A stretch of DNA of 64,000 bases from Candidatus Moraniibacteriota bacterium (GCA_027031495.1 JALVQA010000004.1:56070-120069); one strand, 5' to 3'. Shown: positions 1 through 10,219, numbered from the stretch's first letter. The notes: generated by a model from the letters alone, not told the origin. Made by a program: numbers and translations.

Positions 1-1289
1 ATATCAAGCGTCACACTGATTGCGCCAAGACGTGCACCAAGCTGATTAACGGCAATTGCCGTATCATTGATGACCTTGATCCATGGATTAACACCGCCGG
101 ATGCACCTTGTACGCCACGAATCATTGCGCCGCGCGCCCGAATATTACCCAAATACACACCAACGCCACCGCCAAACTTTGAAATCTGCGCCATGTTTTC
201 GATGCCATGGTAAATTGCGCGCAGGTCATCATCAATATTGATTTTGAAACAACTGGAAAGCTGGTGGTAATTTGTGCGTGAATTAAGAAGTGTCGGCGTT
301 GGCAGTGAGATATGTTGCTTTGAGCAATGTTCATAAATTTTTAAAGCAAAGGCAAGACGGTTTTCTTTCTTTTCCGGGATCGCAAGAAACAACGCAACAG
401 ACATATACATCTCCTGTGGCAATTCTTCAACACAACCATTACGCTTGAGAAGATAACGCTTTGTCAGCGACAGAATAGTTGTATATTCATAAGCATGGTC
501 CGTATCAAAAGAAAGATGTTTCCCCGCTTCTAAAATATCATTCTCGGAATAATATTTATAGAAATCTTTGTAATAAAGACCATTTTTTATGTAGCGATCA
601 AAAAGTGCTTTGTACGCTTTTGGTGTGTACAAATCTTTTATATTTTTTACACCGCGATTATTCTTTGCTTGCTTGTAAAGATCGCCGAGCAGAATGCGTG
701 CAGCAACATGTTGCCACTGCGTATTATTAACTGTTACAAGGTCAATACACGTCTTTACCATGAGTTTGTTAATGTCAGACGTTTTGATACCTTCTACAAG
801 ATTCCGCTTAAACGCCTCTATAAACTCTTCAAATGTACATGCATCCTCATATCCCTCCGCACTACGATCAAAAACTTTTTTAATTTTTCTGATATCAAAT
901 TTCTCCTTTTTACCATCTGACTTTTGCACTTTCAAAGAACGCTTTTCAAATTGCTTTACCAGTCTTTCATGTTTCTCTTCACGACTTTCTGCACGTTTGT
1001 CACGATAAAGAATGTAAGCCTTTGCAACTTCGTATTCGTTAATTTTAACAAGATGGCGCTCAACACAGTCCTGTACATCCTCTACTGCAACTACCGGCAC
1101 ATGGTCATGTTGTGCGCGCTCACCAAGAGACTTTTCTATATCTACGACAATATCATCTGTCAGCGCCTTAATAAAAATACACTCCGATCCAACAGCATTG
1201 CACGCTTTGCGTATAGCATTTTCAATCCTTGTACGATCAAAATCGACAATTTCGCCGTTTCGCTTTTTAACCTTTATTATTGTGTTCAT
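1..1289 (-). CDS. nrdA: Ribonucleoside-diphosphate reductase alpha subunit (class I) with two N-terminal ATP-cone-like domains; runs off the window
   Basis: Not in the ORF track. Manual translation from the ATG at 1289 gives MNTIIKVKKRNGEIVDFDRTRIENAI...LKVQKSDGKKEKFDIRKI...ISLPTPTLLNSRTNYHQLSSCF...SKFGGGVG...AVNQLGARLGAISVTLDI. Confidence 0.93.
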   Translation of the reverse strand, partial: MNTIIKVKKRNGEIVDFDRTRIENAIRKACNAVGSECIFIKALTDDIVVDIEKSLGERAQHDHVPVVAVEDVQDCVERHLVKINEYEVAKAYILYRDKRAESREEKHERLVKQFEKRSLKVQKSDGKKEKFDIRKIKKVFDRSAEGYEDACTFEEFIEAFKRNLVEGIKTSDINKLMVKTCIDLVTVNNTQWQHVAARILLGDLYKQAKNNRGVKNIKDLYTPKAYKALFDRYIKNGLYYKDFYKYYSENDILEAGKHLSFDTDHAYEYTTILSLTKRYLLKRNGCVEELPQEMYMSVALFLAIPEKKENRLAFALKIYEHCSKQHISLPTPTLLNSRTNYHQLSSCFKINIDDDLRAIYHGIENMAQISKFGGGVGVYLGNIRARGAMIRGVQGASGGVNPWIKVINDTAIAVNQLGARLGAISVTLD

Positions 1290-1395
1290 ATTTTTATGCG
1301 CACACAAACAACGCATGTGTCAGATACTGGACACACCCCCTTCGTTATGTATGCATTATTTATTTTAAAATGTTACCTCTTTTTTATACTTAAAA

Positions 1396-1977
1396 TCACA
1401 AATATGCATTACGAAAGCGTTCCTCCACCACAGACCAGTTAATGTTGCCAATGAATGCATCTATGTAGTCGGCGCGCTTAAGTCCATATTCTGTAATAAA
1501 TGCATGTTCAAAAACATCCATTACAAGAAGTGGTTCTGCACCGGCAAGATGCCCCATGTCATGCTCATTGATCCACGCGTTAAACACTGTATCCGCCTCC
1601 TTGTCATAAGCAAGAACAACCCATCCAATACCACGCATAAGACCAACTGCACGAAAATCGTCTTCCCACTTTTCAAAAGAACCATATACTCGTGCAACAC
1701 TCTCTGTCAAAAGTGGAGCATTCTCACTTTTGACACCATCTTTTGAGAGATTGCCAAAGTAAAGCTCATGAAGACGCATACCATTCCACTCCCATCCAAA
1801 ACGACGTTTTAGTTCGGCAAATGCTGCCGTCCCTTTCTCTGTGTGCAATATTTGCTGCGCAAGAGCATTTGCATTCGCCACATAGCCGGCATAAAGCGTA
1901 AAGTGCATATGCAACAAGTCATCACTAAATCCGCTCATGCCAATGATGTGTGAAAAATCTTTCTCTTTATATGTCAT
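1396..1977 (-). CDS. sod: Fe/Mn superoxide dismutase family protein
   Basis: Motifs HFTLYAGYV, LHELYF, GIGWVVL and MDVFEHAF. Confidence 0.92.
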   Translation of the reverse strand: MTYKEKDFSHIIGMSGFSDDLLHMHFTLYAGYVANANALAQQILHTEKGTAAFAELKRRFGWEWNGMRLHELYFGNLSKDGVKSENAPLLTESVARVYGSFEKWEDDFRAVGLMRGIGWVVLAYDKEADTVFNAWINEHDMGHLAGAEPLLVMDVFEHAFITEYGLKRADYIDAFIGNINWSVVEERFRNAYL

Positions 1978-2019
1978 AACGTCATTATCTCTTCAAAATC
2001 CAATTATCTCGTATACATC

Positions 2020-2637
2020 CTAAATCTTGCCAACGAGGTCTACACCCGGCTTTAGAGCATCATCACCAGGTTTCCAGTTTGCAGGGCATACCATACCATC
2101 ATGCTCTCGCACAAACTGCGCCGCTTCAATCTTGCGCAAAAGTTCCTGCACATTGCGACCAATATCATTATTATGCACTTCATACGCTGCAAGTTTGCCA
2201 TCTGGATCAATGATAAATGTACCGCGAAGAGCAAGTCCTTCATCCTCAATATATACACCAAAATATCTCGCTATCTCACCCGTTGGATCAGCTGCCATCG
2301 GATATGTAACTTTACTAATTGCCGGTGATGTGTCGTGCCATGCCTTGTGCACAAACGCAGTGTCAGTGCTCACACTTACAATTTCCGTATTACGCTCTTG
2401 AAATGCTGTATAGTTTTCCGCCAACTCTTCCAGTTCCGTTGGACACACAAATGTGAAATCTGCTGGATAGAAAAAGAGTACTAACCACTTTCCTCTATAG
2501 TCGGAAATCTTTACATCTTCCTTAATTGTGTTTTTGTGAAAAACGGCAAAAGAAAGATCATGCACCTCTTCGCCAATTACCGGCAGACGATTAGCCATTG
2601 CGCCGCACTCGAAACATACATTTGTCAATTCCTCCAT
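2020..2637 (-). CDS. ahpC: 2-Cys peroxiredoxin (AhpC)
   Basis: FFYPADFTFVCPTE and VCPANWKPG. Confidence 0.95.
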   Translation of the reverse strand: MEELTNVCFECGAMANRLPVIGEEVHDLSFAVFHKNTIKEDVKISDYRGKWLVLFFYPADFTFVCPTELEELAENYTAFQERNTEIVSVSTDTAFVHKAWHDTSPAISKVTYPMAADPTGEIARYFGVYIEDEGLALRGTFIIDPDGKLAAYEVHNNDIGRNVQELLRKIEAAQFVREHDGMVCPANWKPGDDALKPGVDLVGKI

Positions 2638-2674
2638 ATTTTTGAAGTATTAATTAATAAGATCTAACACTTTC

Positions 2675-2749
2675 ATGATACAGTGGCGCTATCAGTGCGT
2701 CAAGAACAACTTGTGTCACAAAAGACAAAAAATACACAATATATTGTGT
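2675..2749 (-). promoter_or_regulatory. Sigma70 promoter (TTGACG-17-TATCAT) with an NrdR box
   Basis: Palindrome ACACAATATATTGTGT at 2734-2749 matches the NrdR consensus acaCwAtATaTwGtgt. The -35 is at 2698-2703 and the -10 at 2675-2680 on the minus strand. Confidence 0.75.
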
Positions 2750-2803
2750 ATTTTTTGTTTGACAGTTTATTTGACAGCATGCGAACTTTATCGCATTGCA
2801 ATT

Positions 2804-5122
2804 TTACTCAAAGTCACTGTCTTTGCATTTTTCTGTCGGCACAGGCCCAACGACAATTTTTCGATCTTTTTCTTCATACCACTTCTTTACACCCTTTTCC
2901 CATGATTTGTATTGTGGATCTTTCTCTGGTTTTTGTGGTGGATCACCCATAGGATCGCTTTTATCAACATAGTGAAGAATTGAGTGTGTATCAATAAATT
3001 TACGCCTTTTTACATCAACGTCATTGTTTTCACATGCATCTGATGCAAGGCACCATGTATTATCCTTTTTCGAAATACGACACACTTTTTTCTCATGCAA
3101 TTCCGGTACTTTACCATAAAGCAATGGACGCTCACTTTTTTCCTCTTCATTTTTGCCAGCACCACCTTCATCACTGGGATCAGGAAAGTGTTCGACCAGC
3201 GTATCTTTGAGGGCCTCCTCCATAAACGCATGCCATATCGGGGCAGCAACAACCGATCCGGCGGCGCCGACTCTCATTGCACGGTTATCGTTATTACCAA
3301 CCCACACACCAGCTGCAAGTGATGGTGTATATCCCATCGTCCATGCATCACGATAACCATTTGTTGTGCCAGTTTTTGCCGCTACCGATCGTTCGTCAAA
3401 ACGCAACGGATTATTTTGCCCAAATGCCGGTGCACGGTATTTATTCTTGGATAAGATATCACTCAACAGAGCAACATATTTTTCCTCAACAACGCGTTCA
3501 CCATCTCTGTCTCTAAATTCTTCCAGAACATTACCATCTTTGTCTTCAATACGCATAATACTTGTAAGATCCTTTCGTACACCACCGTTGGCAAGCGTTG
3601 CATATGCGTGTGTGTGATGAAGAAGCTGCACCTCACCACCGCCAAGCACCAACGAAAGGCCGTACCGCTTCGGTTCATCAAGACCTGTTAGACCAAGTTC
3701 TTTTCCCAGTTCTATAACCTCGTCAACACCAACAAGGTAAAGTGCCTTTACAGCCGGAATGTTAAGCGACATGCCAAGTGCCTTTTTAATTTTCACAGGG
3801 CCGCGAAATGTACCGTCATAATTCTGCGGCTCATATGCCTTATCACCACCATCAAACTTTGTCTTCACATCATAAAGAACAGTGTCCGGCACATATCCAC
3901 GACGAAACATTCCCAGAAAAACATATGGCTTAAATGATGAGCCCGGCTGACGGAAACGCAAGGCTACATTAACTTGACCATCAATATCCTTGTCAAAAAA
4001 ATCAGCTGATCCAACCATTGCAAGAAGTTGCCCTGTTTTTGGGTCTATCGCCACCAGTGCGGCGTTTTTCGCATTGTATCTCTTTCTGTTACGCTCAGCA
4101 CCATCGCGCACCACGCGCTCCGCCAGTTGCTGCAGATCCCAATCTAGCGTTGTAATGACACGCAAACCCATTTCCTTAACTTCATCCAATTTATACTGCC
4201 TTTCAAGATATTCGCGAATATACATCACAAAATGTGGCGCTTTGATCTTCTCCCTGTTTGGCACAACTTTTGCAAGAGTGTCAATTTTTTTTGCCTCATC
4301 CGCCTTTTCTTGTGTTATATAACCAAGTCGCGCCATCTGATCCAATGCATGTGCCTGTCGTTTGCGAAGACGCTCCAAGCGCTCCGGCCGTGTCCCGTAC
4401 GGTGAGTAGAATGATGGCTGTTGTGGTAGTGATGCAAGAAGCGCCGCCTCATCAAGCGTAAGATCTTTTGCGTGTTTGCCAAAAAATGTTCTCGCTGCTG
4501 CCTCAATGCCATACGCATTTGAACCATATGGAATAACATTCAGATAAAGCTCCAAGATCTCATCTTTTGTAAACTTCCGCTCCAACTCTAGCGAAAGAAT
4601 AATTTCTTTTAGCTTTCGCTCATATGAACGTTCACTTGTCAAAAGCGTATTCTTTATAAGTTGTTGCGTGATTGTAGAGCCACCACTACTTCGCCCAAAA
4701 TAGTGTGGAAATATCTGTGAGAGTGCCGCACGTATAATAGATTTTACTTTAATGCCGTGATGTTCATAAAAATCCTGATCTTCTAGCGCAATAGTCGCAT
4801 AACGTATAACCGTTGGCATTTCGTCAAAGTCTATAATTGTCCGCCGTTCTTCACCATAGATGTCATAAAGCAAAACCTTACCCGTACGATCATAAATTTT
4901 TGTTGACTCAGCAATTTCACGTGTACGCAACTGATCTGCTGGTGGCAAATCTTTTGCATAATACCAGAAAACACCGGCAGCGCTCAATATACCAACCGCA
5001 CCGAAGGACAACACACCAAAAAGCGCCCATTTTGCCATACGTTGCCCAAGCGTTTTTTTCTTTCTTTTGTTGCGCGACGCGCGTTGCACTCGTCGTCGCG
5101 TTACTACTTGTCGTGTACCCAT
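2804..5122 (-). CDS. Class A penicillin-binding protein (PBP1A family)
   Basis: Transglycosylase motifs EDQDFYEHHG, GGSTITQQL and RKLKE; transpeptidase motifs SSFK, SLN and KTGT; N-terminal TM. Confidence 0.95.
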   Translation of the reverse strand: MGTRQVVTRRRVQRASRNKRKKKTLGQRMAKWALFGVLSFGAVGILSAAGVFWYYAKDLPPADQLRTREIAESTKIYDRTGKVLLYDIYGEERRTIIDFDEMPTVIRYATIALEDQDFYEHHGIKVKSIIRAALSQIFPHYFGRSSGGSTITQQLIKNTLLTSERSYERKLKEIILSLELERKFTKDEILELYLNVIPYGSNAYGIEAAARTFFGKHAKDLTLDEAALLASLPQQPSFYSPYGTRPERLERLRKRQAHALDQMARLGYITQEKADEAKKIDTLAKVVPNREKIKAPHFVMYIREYLERQYKLDEVKEMGLRVITTLDWDLQQLAERVVRDGAERNRKRYNAKNAALVAIDPKTGQLLAMVGSADFFDKDIDGQVNVALRFRQPGSSFKPYVFLGMFRRGYVPDTVLYDVKTKFDGGDKAYEPQNYDGTFRGPVKIKKALGMSLNIPAVKALYLVGVDEVIELGKELGLTGLDEPKRYGLSLVLGGGEVQLLHHTHAYATLANGGVRKDLTSIMRIEDKDGNVLEEFRDRDGERVVEEKYVALLSDILSKNKYRAPAFGQNNPLRFDERSVAAKTGTTNGYRDAWTMGYTPSLAAGVWVGNNDNRAMRVGAAGSVVAAPIWHAFMEEALKDTLVEHFPDPSDEGGAGKNEEEKSERPLLYGKVPELHEKKVCRISKKDNTWCLASDACENNDVDVKRRKFIDTHSILHYVDKSDPMGDPPQKPEKDPQYKSWEKGVKKWYEEKDRKIVVGPVPTEKCKDSDFE

Positions 5123-5232
5123 ACAAAAAGTCTTATACCATACCAGTATACCGCAGAATATACAAAGTGACTATCAAATGCAAATTTTCGTGAATGAAAA
5201 ACAGCCCAAAAATTTCCTAATGAAAATAGACG

Positions 5233-6225
5233 TTAATCAAAAAGCATGTTGATGATTTCCGCCGATACATTGCGCGACACGCCTTCATATGGCTCATGAT
5301 GCATGCTTAACATTGGCGAATCATTTAGTTCTATTACCGTATAACCAACATCTTGAGGATTTTTTGTAATATCAGGTGTAAGAAAATCAATTCCAGCATA
5401 AGGAAGACCCGGTATCGCACGAATAATTTTTGTTGCCAAATCGCAAATGGCCGGATGCACCTTATCTGTGTAGTCAATGCTATCGCCACCAGTTGAGATA
5501 TTTGAGTTTTGGCGCAAAAAAATACGCTGACCTTTTGACGGAATACTATCCAATGTTAGAGATTTTGCTGCAAGAATTTTCAATATCTCATCGTCAACAA
5601 TAATGCGCACAATGGCCTTTTCGTGACCATCTCCACGACGTGGATCGCTGTTTTTCTCGTCAATAAGTTCACGAATTGTTGATACACCATCACCAATGAC
5701 ATTAGCCGGTACTCTATGAATAACGCCCAACGTTTTATCACGCGTTGCCAAAATGCGATACTCTTTGCCGACAGATTGCTCTTCTATTAAAAATGATGTG
5801 CCTTTTGTAGAAAATTTTTCTATGCAAGATCGTACTTCTTCATCCGTGCAAATATTGAGAAAAACATCCGTTCCCCAAGTACCTCCCGTCGGCTTGATAA
5901 CAAGCGGTTTTGGTAGCGTTTTACTATAAGCGATCGCCTCTTTAACCTCATCTTTGCAAAATGCCTGCCCGCGCGGTACACGAATACCACTTTTTTGCAA
6001 AAACTGTTTTGCAATATCCTTGTGTTTACAAATAAAATATGCATTGTAACTTAGTGACGGTAGTCTCTGCCCAATGATTGTCGCCACACGACCTTCATGC
6101 TCAATAATCAGGTGACTCCGCTTTGACTGTGGAAACATCTTACGCACAGCATAGCCGCGTCTTTGTGCCTCACGCGCAAGGAAATAATTACTTAAGTGAT
6201 TAAAATCGGACCTCGTAAAGTTCAT
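5233..6225 (-). CDS. ATP-grasp ligase (cyanophycin synthetase/GshF-type ATP-grasp domain)
   Basis: PLVIKP, EYRILA, RVPANVIGDG, NSNISTGGDS, AGIDF and IELNDSP. Confidence 0.85.
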   Translation of the reverse strand: MNFTRSDFNHLSNYFLAREAQRRGYAVRKMFPQSKRSHLIIEHEGRVATIIGQRLPSLSYNAYFICKHKDIAKQFLQKSGIRVPRGQAFCKDEVKEAIAYSKTLPKPLVIKPTGGTWGTDVFLNICTDEEVRSCIEKFSTKGTSFLIEEQSVGKEYRILATRDKTLGVIHRVPANVIGDGVSTIRELIDEKNSDPRRGDGHEKAIVRIIVDDEILKILAAKSLTLDSIPSKGQRIFLRQNSNISTGGDSIDYTDKVHPAICDLATKIIRAIPGLPYAGIDFLTPDITKNPQDVGYTVIELNDSPMLSMHHEPYEGVSRNVSAEIINMLFD

Positions 6226-6258
6226 ATTTCGATATATTTAAGCTCAAGTTAAAGAATA

Positions 6259-7671
6259 CTACTTACTCACATCTACCAAAAATTTGCCAAGGTTGCGCTT
6301 GCCGATAATTGCAGGATACTGCAAATGCGAGCGATCCACAATGTTGACGCGCGCCGGAACGCGTACACCGTCCATAATAAAATACAGCTTCACAATTGGG
6401 CGAATTGTCACGCCACTGGATGACCACACAACAGAAACATCAACCAACCCCTCAATGGCAGAACCGTACTCCTTCATAAATACGCGCTCAGCAACAGCGC
6501 CATCACCTTTTTTTTCTATAGAAAATGCACTTAGATTAATTTTGTCAAATGCGTCAAGTGTCGATCCAAAACCAAGCTCGCGCGCAAGCTTACGGTCAAT
6601 AGACGTGGAATATGCGCCCGTGTCAATTTTTGCCTTCACTGTTACGCGCTTGTTGTCTTTACCGATAAACGTTACTTCTTCTACCGAGCCGATGACACGC
6701 TTTCCCGATGTTTGCTCAAGCACTTCCTCGATTTCACCACCAAAAAGATCTTTACCGACACGAACACCGCGTGCGACGCTCTTGATTTTAAGACCAGCAA
6801 CACGATCAAGACGCTCCTTGAGACCTGCCATATTCGCTACTTGAATAGATAGACCGGGACGTGCATTGAGTTCCAAAAATACCGGACCGCGGTCACGGTC
6901 AATAACGACATCGGCACCGAGAAAACCAAGCTTGCTCGCTTCCTGCGCCTTTACTGCCATTGTAAGGATGTCATCCCAATACGGAATTTTGATACCTGAT
7001 AGTGGCATGTGCGTATCCGGTGTACGTTCTATAATTTTTCGCTTTCCCTGCACAGCTGTCGTTGTTGTGCCTGTCGCCATGTCAATGCCAACACCAATAC
7101 CACCGAGTTGCAAATTTGCCTTGCCGCCTGATTTTTTTGTTGGCAAACGCAACATTGCCATAACAGGCACCTTGTTATACACAATGATGCGCACATCGGG
7201 AATACCGCGATAAGCATAAGGGCGAAAAAGTTTGAGAAGTGTTAGACGCTCCTCAAAAAAAGCAATATCTGATACACCGGAAAGTGAAAACATCCCCTCA
7301 ATAATGTTATGTACGTGTGTGTAAATATCGTGTGCCGTTACAACAGAGCCATCTGCTTTAACCCACGCATCTTTCATACCTTTCTTGCGCCCAAAGAGAA
7401 CGATAATACCGGCGCCACCAAAACCGCGATTCGGCTTAACAACAAAAGAATCCGGCAATTGCGACCAATCAAAGTTTTCTAGTTCTTCACGTGTACCAAT
7501 CTTCGCAATAAGTTCCGGCACAGCAACACCAGCTTTTTTGAGCACATTCTTACTCAAGATCTTATCATCAGAGATAGCACGTGCATTTTTAAGATTGAGC
7601 GGACGCACATAGTGAAGGTTTCGCGCATTCATGCCCAAAATCTTCTGTGATTTTCTCAACAGCGTAAACAT
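6259..7671 (-). CDS. Alpha-L-glutamate-ligase-like ATP-grasp protein fused to a C-terminal RimK-associated aspartic-peptidase-like domain
   Basis: ILGMNARN, VVKPNRGFGG, ANLQLGGIG and LELNARPGL, followed by AKIDTGAYSTSID and DRSHLQYPAIIG. Confidence 0.85.
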   Translation of the reverse strand: MFTLLRKSQKILGMNARNLHYVRPLNLKNARAISDDKILSKNVLKKAGVAVPELIAKIGTREELENFDWSQLPDSFVVKPNRGFGGAGIIVLFGRKKGMKDAWVKADGSVVTAHDIYTHVHNIIEGMFSLSGVSDIAFFEERLTLLKLFRPYAYRGIPDVRIIVYNKVPVMAMLRLPTKKSGGKANLQLGGIGVGIDMATGTTTTAVQGKRKIIERTPDTHMPLSGIKIPYWDDILTMAVKAQEASKLGFLGADVVIDRDRGPVFLELNARPGLSIQVANMAGLKERLDRVAGLKIKSVARGVRVGKDLFGGEIEEVLEQTSGKRVIGSVEEVTFIGKDNKRVTVKAKIDTGAYSTSIDRKLARELGFGSTLDAFDKINLSAFSIEKKGDGAVAERVFMKEYGSAIEGLVDVSVVWSSSGVTIRPIVKLYFIMDGVRVPARVNIVDRSHLQYPAIIGKRNLGKFLVDVSK

Positions 7672-7677
7672 GATTTC

Positions 7678-8370
7678 TTACTTTATATGTGCTAAAACAT
7701 CGCGGAAACGTATATATTCCGTCACACGTAGACCAGTCCAACGCCCCAAAAGAATGTTTGCGGGAATTGTCAAAAGGACTGCAAAAGGATGTAGAAAAAC
7801 AAAATTTTGAATCGTTTGCGATGAAAGAAGCGCATACCCACAAAGTGCTACGACAAGTGTTTCAACCGCAAGAAAAAGTGCGGTTTTTGTTCCTTTTTCA
7901 ATTTGCACAGCCACAAATTTCTCAGCGATGACAACAAGCACAATAAGCGGAAACACATACATAGTCGCAAAACCGGTGCGTTGCATGTACGCACCGAGAA
8001 TCAAAATACCAAGAACAGTAAATGATAAAAATGTCATTGTAATGGCCACACGTGGCAAATACAGTAAGCGGAAATGTTTCAAAATAACGCGCATCCCCAT
8101 GCCAATAGCAATAACGGCAATGTAAATCGCAATACCATAACGTAAATCATAAAACATGCTACCGATGTTGAAACTCTCATAGCGTGCATCAGAAATCATA
8201 AAAAAAACCAACGCAATGATGGATGGTGTATAGATGCCAAAGGCCTTTATACCAATCACTTGACGAAAGAATGCAACAAGCGTTGCGACAAGCGGAAACA
8301 TAAGAAGAATAAGAACGGTTTGATCTGGAATCCCCAAATTGACAACAATACTATTAATCCATGGACTCAT
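7678..8370 (-). CDS. 7TM membrane protein of the inactive-transglutaminase-associated family
   Basis: RQVIGIKAFGIYTP, LLYLPR and GRWTGLRVTEYIRF; multiple TM segments. Confidence 0.85.
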   Translation of the reverse strand: MSPWINSIVVNLGIPDQTVLILLMFPLVATLVAFFRQVIGIKAFGIYTPSIIALVFFMISDARYESFNIGSMFYDLRYGIAIYIAVIAIGMGMRVILKHFRLLYLPRVAITMTFLSFTVLGILILGAYMQRTGFATMYVFPLIVLVVIAEKFVAVQIEKGTKTALFLAVETLVVALCGYALLSSQTIQNFVFLHPFAVLLTIPANILLGRWTGLRVTEYIRFRDVLAHIK

Positions 8371-8426
8371 ACTATATGCATTAAGATATCACTTACCATC
8401 AGCATAGCAAAGTTTTGTGTAAAAAT

Positions 8427-8921
8427 CTATGCTACGCGATGCATAACACGACTTGCACTATGACAAAACGCAACCGCAAGCGCATCAGCCGCATCATCCG
8501 GTCGCGGCACAGCATCAAGGTGAAAAATCGTCTTTACCATCGCCTGCACCTGCGCTTTTTCAGCACGTCCATTGCCGGCAACAGCTTGTTTGACTTGTAG
8601 TGGCGTATACTCACCGATAGCAAGATGTGCACGCTCGGCACACAACAAAAGCACACCGCGTGCCTGTGCAACAGTAATAATTGTCTTTTGATTTTTAAAA
8701 TAAAATAATTGCTCGATACCCATCTCTGCAGGTGCGTACGTTGCAACAATCTGTTCAAAATCCCGTGCAATCTCTCCGAGGCGATCAGCATCACTCTTTG
8801 TGCTCTCAGTTTCAATACACCCGTGTGCAACGTGCTTAACACGACCACCACCGTAATCATCAATTATCGCCCACCCAACAATTGCCGTACCAGGATCAAT
8901 GCCCAAAATCCGCACACTCAT
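8427..8921 (-). CDS. ruvC: Holliday junction resolvase RuvC
   Basis: ILGIDPG, EYTPLQVK and DDAADALAVA. Confidence 0.96.
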   Translation of the reverse strand: MSVRILGIDPGTAIVGWAIIDDYGGGRVKHVAHGCIETESTKSDADRLGEIARDFEQIVATYAPAEMGIEQLFYFKNQKTIITVAQARGVLLLCAERAHLAIGEYTPLQVKQAVAGNGRAEKAQVQAMVKTIFHLDAVPRPDDAADALAVAFCHSASRVMHRVA

Positions 8922-9640
8922 TATGATGCAACGTTACTATAGATCTCTTGCACATCGTCACACCCCTCTATTGCAGAGTAAAGTGCGTCATATGACACCT
9001 TCTCATCATCACGCAATGTGATAGTCTGCGTCGGTATATATACGATACTCACGTCATCTACGGCAACGCCGTGTTCCTCAAGATGCGCGCGCACTGCGTG
9101 CACATCCTTGACAGCTGTCGTAATAACAATGGCATCATCACCTTTTCTCTCGACATCTTCCGCACCGGCATCAATTGCCAAAAGCTCTACCGCATCAGGA
9201 TCATCAGTTCGCACAACGATGCGTCCAACATGTTTAAATTGAAACGCAACACCACCACCGGAAACAAACTTGCCACCATTTTTCTTGAGTGTTGTTTTAA
9301 CTTCTGTGAGCGCCCGATTCGTATTGTCGGTTGCACATACGATAATAAATGCGCTACCACTCGGACCCATTGCTTCATACACAACTTCCTCAATACGTGT
9401 CCCGCCATCAATTTCGCCTGTTCCACGCTTAATTGCACGCTCTATATTATCCTTTGGCATATTAACTGATCGCGCTTTCTCAATCGCCATCTTAAGCGCC
9501 GCATTCATTTCCGGATCGCCACCGCCTTGTTGCGCAGCAAGTGTAATATTTTTTGCAACTACCGTGAAAATCTTTGCACGTTTTGCATCGGTTGCCGCCT
9601 TCTTGTGTTTAATACTTGACCACTTATTATGTCCTGACAT
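8921..9640 (-). CDS. yebC: YebC/PmpR family protein
   Basis: MSGHNKWSSIKHKK, NMPKDNIERAI and TDNTNR. Confidence 0.96.
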   Translation of the reverse strand: MSGHNKWSSIKHKKAATDAKRAKIFTVVAKNITLAAQQGGGDPEMNAALKMAIEKARSVNMPKDNIERAIKRGTGEIDGGTRIEEVVYEAMGPSGSAFIIVCATDNTNRALTEVKTTLKKNGGKFVSGGGVAFQFKHVGRIVVRTDDPDAVELLAIDAGAEDVERKGDDAIVITTAVKDVHAVRAHLEEHGVAVDDVSIVYIPTQTITLRDDEKVSYDALYSAIEGCDDVQEIYSNVAS

Positions 9641-9702
9641 AGTTTTGCTTCTTATATCATTATGTTCGTATCGTGCATCATCGCTTCGTCAAAGATATTG
9701 AA

Positions 9703-10019
9703 CGCAAAACACCTGCCATGCGGCAGGTGCGTGTATTCACATTCTGTGTGTAGAAAGGGATTTGAGCAAGTACGCAGTGTTAGGCCACCGCATACTGCGG
9801 ACCTTGCGAGCCAAAGACCGATATTTGCTGTGCGCACATTTCTGTGCAGACAGCAAACGAGGAGAGAGATTTTTCGGTCATTTGCACTATCATCAAGGTC
9901 CGTGCTCAGAACTGCGTGCCACAATACAAAAATTAATTGCACCGTTTGCAGCAGGACCCCCTTTCTACACGCAAAACACGAACACATCCACCAACTCTAC
10001 ATCAAGGAACACCACATCC
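9703..10019 (-). ncRNA. Candidate structured ncRNA (RNA-S, ~300 nt), family unknown
   Basis: Promoter TGGACA-17-TACACT (-10 at 10026-10031). A ~27-bp closing stem whose G.U wobbles work only on the minus strand, several nested stems, and terminator cacctgcc-gcat-ggcaggtg-tttt at ~9705-9729. Confidence 0.6.
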
Positions 10020-10169
10020 ACCAACAGTGTAGCATGTTTTACACACTCTGTCCAATTATTGCGTATAAGCCCATTAGGCTCCATGTATGAATATGTAATA
10101 CTAAATAAACAGAGTAGTTCTACAAGAAATATATGTATTGTTAAATTCCTTTGTACATAACTAATAACA

Positions 10170-10214
10170 AAAAAATTGGAAGGAGGGGTAGTGGTGTTAC
10201 ACCACCCCTCCGCC
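10170..10214 (-). terminator. Intrinsic terminator after the 141-aa ORF
   Basis: Minus strand ggaggggtggtg-taa-caccactacccctcc followed by a U-tract. Confidence 0.6.
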
Positions 10215-10219
10215 GAGAA

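Noticed and set aside
9652-10160. ORFs 9652-9987, 9662-10090 and 9762-10160, and similar ones at 10667, 11130 and 21749
   Set aside because: No recognisable motifs or RBS, and they overlap regions better explained as structured RNA.
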